Positions 8,829 to 15,731 of a stretch of DNA of 15,731 nucleotides are shown in pieces. Under the pieces are notes generated by a model. It was not told the origin of the DNA, searched no databases, and worked only from the letters and a program-made list of their open reading frames with translations. The stretch is taken from positions 1 through 15,731 of the forward strand of contig JADGIF010000181.1 of the NCBI GenBank assembly GCA_018985225.1, written 5' to 3'. Numbering within the stretch: position 1 is the first letter of the stretch; the number at the start of each line of letters is the position of its first letter. The translations under genes and the position numbers were made by a program. The DNA is from Amoeboradix gromovi X-113 (Eukaryota > Fungi > Sanchytriomycota).

Positions 8829-9939
8829 AAATTCACGAGTTTGACCCTATCGGAATCTTCAAAACACGTGTACACAGAAGTACAAAGCCTGTACTAAACA
8901 ACTATTATCATTCGCACTAGGTAGTCTGCGGTTCTATTTTCTAGTAGAATCTCCTGGGAAATATCTAGGAGATATAATGGTAAGATTTGGAATAACTATG
9001 TGTTTGCATAGTTTGGTTAGTCTTTCTACATAAATTTTTACACTTTTTTTATAGATTTTTACTAGATGCTTTCGTTTTTGCGACAGAACTTATGAAAATG
9101 GCCAAATACAACTTGAGATTTTTGCTTTGAGACTGTCTCGTGACAGTGGTCAATTTAAGCTATGTTACTTTCAAGTTTTTTGTTCCCGTTACTATGGGCA
9201 CAACATGGATGTCCCACTCAAAGACTGCCACGGCTCACGGGTCCAAAATCACAGATAACCTCTCTATTAGGTACTGCTGAATGTTAGCTGACATTATTCT
9301 TTCTGGTGTACAGCCGAATAATTGCTTTTTCCCGCGAATATCTATCTGCGAGAATTCCTCATTAAAAGTCTTGATTTCCTAGGATATCGAGAATTTCCAC
9401 ATAGAAATAACGACGTTAGTTTTTCCATCAGTGATTGCTCATGCTTTCACTACCTTCGGAGGGGATTCAATATGGATGAATATACTTTGAGTAAATGTTC
9501 TTTGATTCCATATGGTCTCTTTCTATCTTCAAACAACAATTTGTACATTAGTAGCTCTCCAAATTGTTTTTCTTTAGAGTACACACTTGTACATATTTAA
9601 CCAGTAAGTACTAAACTTCGGTGTTTTTCCACCGTCTAACACTTAAACATCAAGTTCTACTTGAATGCCTAATGAGATAGTGTTGCCATATTCATTGCGA
9701 CTTTACTTCATAAACTACTTATCATTGGTCAATTATTGAACGATTGTAAATATATCCGATCATGTTTCTCCGCGAGATAATAGTATATCTTCTTATGGCT
9801 ATTCTCCCTTAGATTTTTCGCGGGCTTGATGACTCTATACATGACCTGAGTACAATAGGTAAAGTGATCTTCAGGACAAAGACAGGCAGCCACATGGTAC
9901 AAGGCACGTAGCACACATGCTACTAACAACAGCAGAGGT

Positions 9940-10565
9940 TATGAATGGTACCAGCGCGGCAAACCCGGGCAATATCCTAGGGAAAGTGGCTCAGTCACAT
10001 TGGGGCACTATGAGTTTACCTGAGACTGTTAAAGCTTCTTGTCATGCAATTCGGCCTAAAGACAGTGCCTGCAACATAAAAAAGAATGATGGATAGGCTG
10101 CTAGCATGAACCGACAAGGATGTGTTGGTCTATGGTGAGACAACACATGATGTACTAGAGGTGTCAGGAAGACTCTTTGAGCGGCTTGGCCGAGCTGACC
10201 TAAACTTGAGGGCTAAGAAGTGTTCTATTGGCCACAGCTCGATTGAGTACCTTGGATACATTGTCAGCGATAAGGGTATCCTATCACACACAATGTCAAG
10301 GCGATCTCAGAGATGACAGATCTAGGTAAAGTCATACAGCTCAGAAGATTTCTAGCGATGACATCCTATTACAGAAACTTCATATATGGCTTCTTGATGG
10401 TTCTGAAGCCATTGACTGAACTAAATTCAAAGAAAGTCAAGTTCATCCGGAACGCACGACAAAGCAAGGCGTATGCTCAGTTGAAGCAAGCTTTGTGTGA
10501 ATCACGTGTCTTTGCAAAACTTGATTACACGGCACCGTTTGTCATATACCCGGATGCAAGCAGCG
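9940..10565 (+). mobile_element. Decayed, internally deleted Ty3/gypsy fragment (gag knuckle remnant, RT C-half, start of RNase H)
   Basis: WYQRGKPGQYPRES (decayed CX2CX4HX4C), VTLGHYEF..LVMQFGLKTVPAT*KRMMD, LRAKKCSIGHSSIEYLGYIVSDKGI, LRRFLAMTSYYRNFI and DYTAPFVIYPDAS. Contains stops and frameshifts. The 5' boundary is not resolved. Confidence 0.88.
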
Positions 10566-10569
10566 CCGG

Positions 10570-10655
10570 ACATCCATGTACACACGCTCTTGTATGTCAA
10601 GTGGCTCTCTTATGGATATCTCACTGTGTCTCTTACCAAACCGTTTGCAATTAAT
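10570..10655. repeat. Direct repeat copy 1 (86 bp, identical to 15646-15731)
   Basis: acatccatgtacacacgctc...ccgtttgcaattaat matches base for base at an offset of 5076. Confidence 0.97.
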
Positions 10656-13600
10656 GCAAGCCGTTCACTTTTTAAAATACTGCTCAATGGTCTTCCTAAA
10701 CGATGGAAACCATTAGCTTCGTAGATTACAGCAGGTCGTCTTGATGCCACCGTGAGCTGCTACCTCGCTTTCCTGATCACCAACTTCACCAAATGGCTAA
10801 AAACAACTAGCTTTGTTATCTCAATATCATGACCTAGTCTATATACCAGTCCATCCATTACTGCAAAAGGTCCTTTCATGTCTTGAAGTATCCGATTTGT
10901 ATGGGATCCTTCTTTTGATGCTTCCTCCAGTTGATTTTCTCAAAGACCAGCGGGCTTACTTATCACCACTTCTACCTTTGACTTCTTTGCTCTAGTAGTA
11001 TATGAGTCTGTAGTGAAATCTCTTTCAATTTTATTTGCTGCTACTTTTATAACACTATTGTAATCAGTAACTACATCTCTACTTAGACAGTTAGCTACTG
11101 GGCTGCTACCCTTTCCATACGATACTTGGAAGTCGAAATGTTGCAGGAACAATTGCCATCGAGAAAGTCTTCATTTCTGCCTGTGCTTCATAAGCCATCG
11201 TAGATTGCAGTCATCTGTGAAAACAGCTACTTGTTCGCCATAGAAGTATGGCTAGATTGTGTCAAGGCCGTACACAACAGAAATGCAATTTTCTCTCAAG
11301 TGGCATACTTGACTTCTGCAGGTGTTGATGTCCTTGATGAGATCCACACTGGCTGCTCACCTCATGTTAGTACCGCATAGACACCATAACTACTCAGATT
11401 ATTAAATTTTGCAGATGGCACACTATAGTCTGGAATGCTTTAGCATTGGAGACTCACTAAAGAACTCTTCCGCTTGTCAATACTTTCTGACATTCATCCG
11501 ACAATTGAAACCCTGCATTCGTTGATATTAGCTTGAACTATGGATTTGCAGTACACGCAAAACTGATATACAAAGTTGCGATAGTATTATGAAATGCCGA
11601 GGTATCGTCAAACACCGCGCACAGTAGTTTTTGGTCGCATATCTTTGATTGCACTGACCTTTGCGTGGTCCACTTCAATACCCTTGTCACTGACAAAATA
11701 GGCAAGACGGCTGATGCGTTGATTTCAATACTGCACTCCTTTGATCTCCGCTTGAGAATTGAAGTCGTAAGCTTCATGAGCAGTGTGTCCATTACTTGAA
11801 GTAATTCTTCTATGCTACTTGCAAAGATGAGTATAACATCAAGATATATCAGCACGTTAGAAATGTTACCAACAAGTTTTTCCATCATTCTCTGGAATGT
11901 GGCAGGTGCAGTCTTCAACCCAGAAGGCATTTGCGAGTATCCAGCTTCCAGGTCTTGCTTTGCAAATTATTTAGCACCTTTCATCATTGACAGACACTTG
12001 TCCATCTTTGGTAATGTATACTCTCAGACTTGGTATGCTGGTGGTGTTTACGATAGTGCACAAAGAATCTCCTGATCCTATTAAGTTTAGGTACTAGTAC
12101 CACTGGAATAGCATAGCCAGATCGGCTCGGTCTGATTACACTAAATGACAGCATCTTGTCGATTTCTTCCTCAATACATCTCTCTGCCATACTCAACCGA
12201 TGGGGATTCGAACATGTTACTGTACCCTGAGTCACGATCAGATGCGCCACAGCTGTAGTTGTGGAAGCACATAGCCCTTCGTTTTCAAAATAGCCAAACA
12301 TATTCATGCTGTTTTGCGGACTTTTAAATCTCGTCTTTATTGGTATTAGACAAAGAAGGCTCAACATCGATTTCTTGAGCTGATACTTGGAAGATTTCAA
12401 TGCTCATGGAAATCTTTGCGATTAATAGGTCTAGCTCAATGTCAGAAGAGTAATAATTAGTAGATCTTTCACTAGTTTTGAAGTTTATCAGCTTTTCCTT
12501 GAACGCATCATTCAGATGAACTGCACCCAAATTAACTGGAGGCTTCTTTCTGCTACAGTTCAGTGAGATGAGCATGCCTGAGATCCATACTAGATTCTGG
12601 TCTTTGTCAAACCGAGTCTCCAGCTGGTCCTGTCCGTGGACATCCAACAAGTATTCTGGAACTAGCTCCTGGAACACTAGAACCTTGACTGGAACTGCTT
12701 CCATAGGCTTATGGAACTTCATCAGTATACTCACCATTCCAAGTGGCTCCACTCTCTTGTCTCCAACAAATATTACCCCAGGTGCCCTGACCTTTTTCAT
12801 TTCCTTTACGCCAGCTTCCTTATCACAGTTGAGTGAGATGCAGTTCGTATCTGCGCCGCTGTAGATGGTTACAGGAATACTTGTCGCTCCAACAATTGCT
12901 AGGACTGTTGATGACTTTCTGGTTCTAGTCATCTAGGCTCCGTGTTCCAATACGTGATTGCACCTACTCGAGTAAATCTGTAATCCTTTGCATAATGGCC
13001 CGGTTTGGCAATTGAAGCATACTAATGTTTTCATAGACCGCAGCATACTGATAGGCATTCTTAGTGTCTCGGTATTCCTTTGAAGCAAGCTTACTCTTTG
13101 ATACTGTCACCATTCAATCCATGTGTAGAGATAGCCACTGCAAGACCTGTACTGATTAGCTCAAACTCTTTACCATGTCGCTCGCATGCCATATTGTTTA
13201 TACGACTCACCTTCTTTGACAAGGAGTGGTGGCATCCTGCGAACTTTCGGTTCTTTCCTTGTCGTGCATTGCAAGAGTCTTGGACGGACTTCATATAGGC
13301 ACCTGGTTCGCGAAACTTTCTTAACAGCAACTCTTAAGCTCCTCATACATGGAACTGTCTCCTTCTATGAGTACCATGAATGCTCAATCACGTACTCTAG
13401 CGACAACCACAAGGCCTTCTCAGGTGAGATTGAACGGTGTGGCTTTACTAGGAACTCTAACTGGTTTATCCACTTGTCCATGCTCATAGACTCGTTTCTG
13501 GTAAACTTGTCTCTGCATGCATTTATTATTTGCATCAAATCTTGTATATTAGCTGTTTTAATGGATTCTGATGGTAGTTGGTATTATTCCGGGTACCATT

Positions 13601-13719
13601 AAAGTTAATAGCTAAGGCGTTCTCTTTTACTGGCTCAAAGTTCCTTTGATTGTCTAAATGTTCCTCTTGTTGTGTTTCCTTGTTTCTTTCTGAGTGTTGC
13701 CAATGGGTTTTACTACAAT

Positions 13720-13727
13720 CGCTACCA
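13720..13727 (-). promoter_or_regulatory. Candidate primer-binding site TGGTAGCG (initiator tRNA-Met type)
   Basis: 8-mer complementary to the ...CGCUACCA 3' end of yeast tRNAiMet. It lies upstream of gag and 5 nt after a CA dinucleotide (a possible LTR end at 13733). Confidence 0.4.
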
Positions 13728-14165
13728 TTTTATGATCCTCAGTCGGATTTCGAAAAGTTTGGATAGAATGCGGCAAATTCGCCTTTGAAGTCATAGGTTG
13801 TTTATTGATTAAACCGCTCTCTTTTAATGCGACATTTTGCTATGATTGTCAGCGATATTAAACAGCTGCTTCATGATTGAACGTCATATCTTAGACCAAG
13901 CGTACACATCTGGTCTGATCAATATTAAATATCCCATTTGCATCTGATCACGCTGTTTATTCACCAATAAGAGAGCTGTTCTCATAACAGCGATCTCACC
14001 TTGGATACATTATTGCAGACAAATCATGGTTTTTGCTATTTATAAACTGCTTATTAGAAATAACCATTCTTGAAGACAAAATAATAAAATTTGAACATAT
14101 ATATAATCACTAAAGTAGTCTCTGAACGCGGCATCATACTCCTCACTTGAGGATCTCATCTATTC

Positions 14166-14678
14166 TCAAAAATATTTGATAATATCATTTTCTACCAGTT
14201 CTTCAACTGGTTCCATTGCACACTCTTCATAACCATTCCATTTAACCTCGTACATGAGGCAGTGCTGCTCCTGGTCATCATATCGCGCTCGCTGCACTCC
14301 TTTTTCTGTCGTCGAGTAATTCTTGAGCTCGATCTACAACCACGCTTTCGTTTTGTTCCGCATTATTTCTATAGCGTTATCCTTTTCAACTCCATTTTCC
14401 ATAACTGCTTTTCTTGATTTTGCATTACAACCAGAAAACGCATGTTTTCCTTTTGATAATTCGACTGCTTACCTAACCATAGTAAAGAAGCTAGCTATGA
14501 AGGGTGCATTCGCAGCAATTGCATTTATAAAAATTCAGAGCTTATTATTTTGTTTCTCACCTGGAAATATTTGGATGTTCTTCGGCTTTTCAATTTCTCA
14601 ATCAGAAGATAGTTTGCCATGCGCTTTGCGCTGGCCTTTTCTGAGAGGTCGATGAAGTGCTGCAAGAACACCCATCAT
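14166..14678 (-). pseudogene. Decayed ORF ending in a chromodomain-like segment
   Basis: One frame from ATG 14678 to TGA 14166 with four internal stops. It ends in NYSTTEKGVQRARYDD...MYEVKWNGYEECAMEPVEEL, which resembles the chromo consensus Y.VKWKGY....TWEP..NL. Confidence 0.6.
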
Positions 14679-14941
14679 TCTGTATGAGCCTGTATTCGGT
14701 TGGATTAGGCTGATTTAGGCATCAGAACGGAGGAAGTACGAAAAGCGAAAGAGATATGTTAATTTTCGCTATATTTGAATTCTTAGTGTTTTTACGAGCC
14801 AAGATATTTTCAGAAGTTTTTTAAACTTTCTTGAGAATATTTTCGTAAGAATTACTTGTACATTTTGTATGTTCATATATAATTTTTTGAACTACTATTT
14901 AAATAAAATTTATTATTGTTTTATTTAAGCATTATTCACAG

Positions 14942-15731
14942 CTAATAAATATCCTTTCTGGATCTTCGAAAGACTTGACCACTCGCCGCTCGTAACTCAA
15001 AGATGTTATTGGCTTCTTGGTTAGTTACTGTACATGCGTTCTCATGAACTCTGTTTTCTTGTTTTGAAGGATCTATTGCCCTAATAAGTAGCTCTATCGC
15101 CGATTTCGATGTCTATTTAATCTTGCATCGTTTATATCCTCTACTCGCCTCTTCCTCTTTACAACGGCCTGGTCCTCAAAGTATTTCTTAGCTTAAGGAC
15201 ATCCGCTGTATCTGTTTTTATGCTCTTTAGTATGTCTATATCATTGGCATATAATAGTGTGAAGGGTGTGTATCCCATCATACTGTGCTCATTAGGATTG
15301 TATGGCAGATATGAAATAGGTAGACATTGTCCATGGCTTTTGTAAGGAATATCTCAATGCTATGAGGTTGTTCATTAATGTGCCATACACTCTCTCTACT
15401 GCACTCATTACTGGTGAGCACGGTGCTATGTACTTCTGGAATATAATCATATACCTGCTCACATCTGGGAACTCACCTTTGAATTACTGATGGTTGCCAG
15501 TCACTATAATATGTGGTATACAAAATTTACCTGCCCAATTATCTTTGCTCATGTTTTAGGAGAACGGCTACCGTCATCCATCATTATTAGTATATGTCTG
15601 GCATCACCACCATACCTGCTAGTGTCATTTGCTAGTGTTTCCAGCACATCCATGTACACACGCTCTTGTATGTCAAGTGGCTCTCTTATGGATATCTCAC
15701 TGTGTCTCTTACCAAACCGTTTGCAATTAAT
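14942..15731 (-). mobile_element. Decayed Ty3/gypsy integrase catalytic core and C-terminal domain (continues beyond the window)
   Basis: ERVYMDVLETL...HILIMMDDGSR, PHIIVTGN, IAPCSPVMSAVERVYGTL, YNPNEHSMMGYTPFTLLY, then IEIGD...NNIFELRAASGQVFRRSRKDIY* with the stop at 14942-14944. Contains several stops and frameshifts. Confidence 0.88.
15646..15731. repeat. Direct repeat copy 2 (at least 86 bp, cut by the window end)
   Basis: Identical to 10570-10655. Confidence 0.97.

Larger units (their letters stand above)
10570..13727 (-). mobile_element. Decayed Ty3/gypsy LTR-retrotransposon internal region (gag-PR-RT-RH-IN N-terminus), truncated at the integrase core
   Basis: In order on the - strand: gag knuckle CFNC/KPGHYAKDY (13019-12980); protease IYSGA (from DSGA, ~12860); RT IRPSRSGYAIPVVLVPK, MPSGLKTAPATFQRMM and IYLDV; RNase H VFTD..NLRWL and RWQLFLQHFDFQVSY..ANCLSR; integrase H2C2 AHGGIKTT..WFP..K*TAC; ends at ERVYMD. 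PR-RT-RH-IN order is Ty3/gypsy. Confidence 0.92.

Noticed and set aside
8864-8871. ACACGTGT (E-box) upstream of WDR5, and a small AATAGG/CCTATT hairpin before the kinase ATG
   Set aside because: Short motifs expected by chance, with no independent support.
10570-10655. The 86-bp direct repeat interpreted as an LTR
   Set aside because: It encodes integrase sequence (INCKRFGK...ERVYMD) on the - strand and lacks PBS/PPT context.
14166-14320. Chromodomain as the fused C-terminus of a chromovirus integrase
   Set aside because: The integrase frame ends at 14942 after its C-terminal domain, over 600 nt away and across a non-coding AT-rich tract.

Overview
Eukaryotic, AT-rich, very compact and almost intron-less DNA, most consistent with an early-diverging fungus or fungal relative (inference from a ROM1/2-type RhoGEF, a 7TM-RGS protein and a SIK/MARK-like kinase). 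Positions 1-8830 hold five tightly packed genes: an AMPK-related kinase (+), a 7TM-RGS fusion protein (-), a ROM1/2-like DH-PH-CNH RhoGEF (-), an LCLAT1/AGPAT-type acyltransferase (+) and WDR5/Swd3 (-). The two RhoGEF ORFs are joined by a 19-nt GT-AG intron. Positions ~9.8-15.7 kb are a graveyard of decayed Ty3/gypsy retrotransposons: an internally deleted + strand copy abuts a - strand gag-PR-RT-RH-IN copy that is cut at the integrase catalytic core. A matching core lies 5,076 bp away and shares an exact 86-bp repeat with the cut end, and a decayed chromodomain ORF sits in between. The most notable items are the ultra-short intron, the 7TM-RGS with a divergent RGS box next to a RhoGEF, and the permuted or duplicated retroelement. 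All domain calls are by-eye motif recognition, not database searches.
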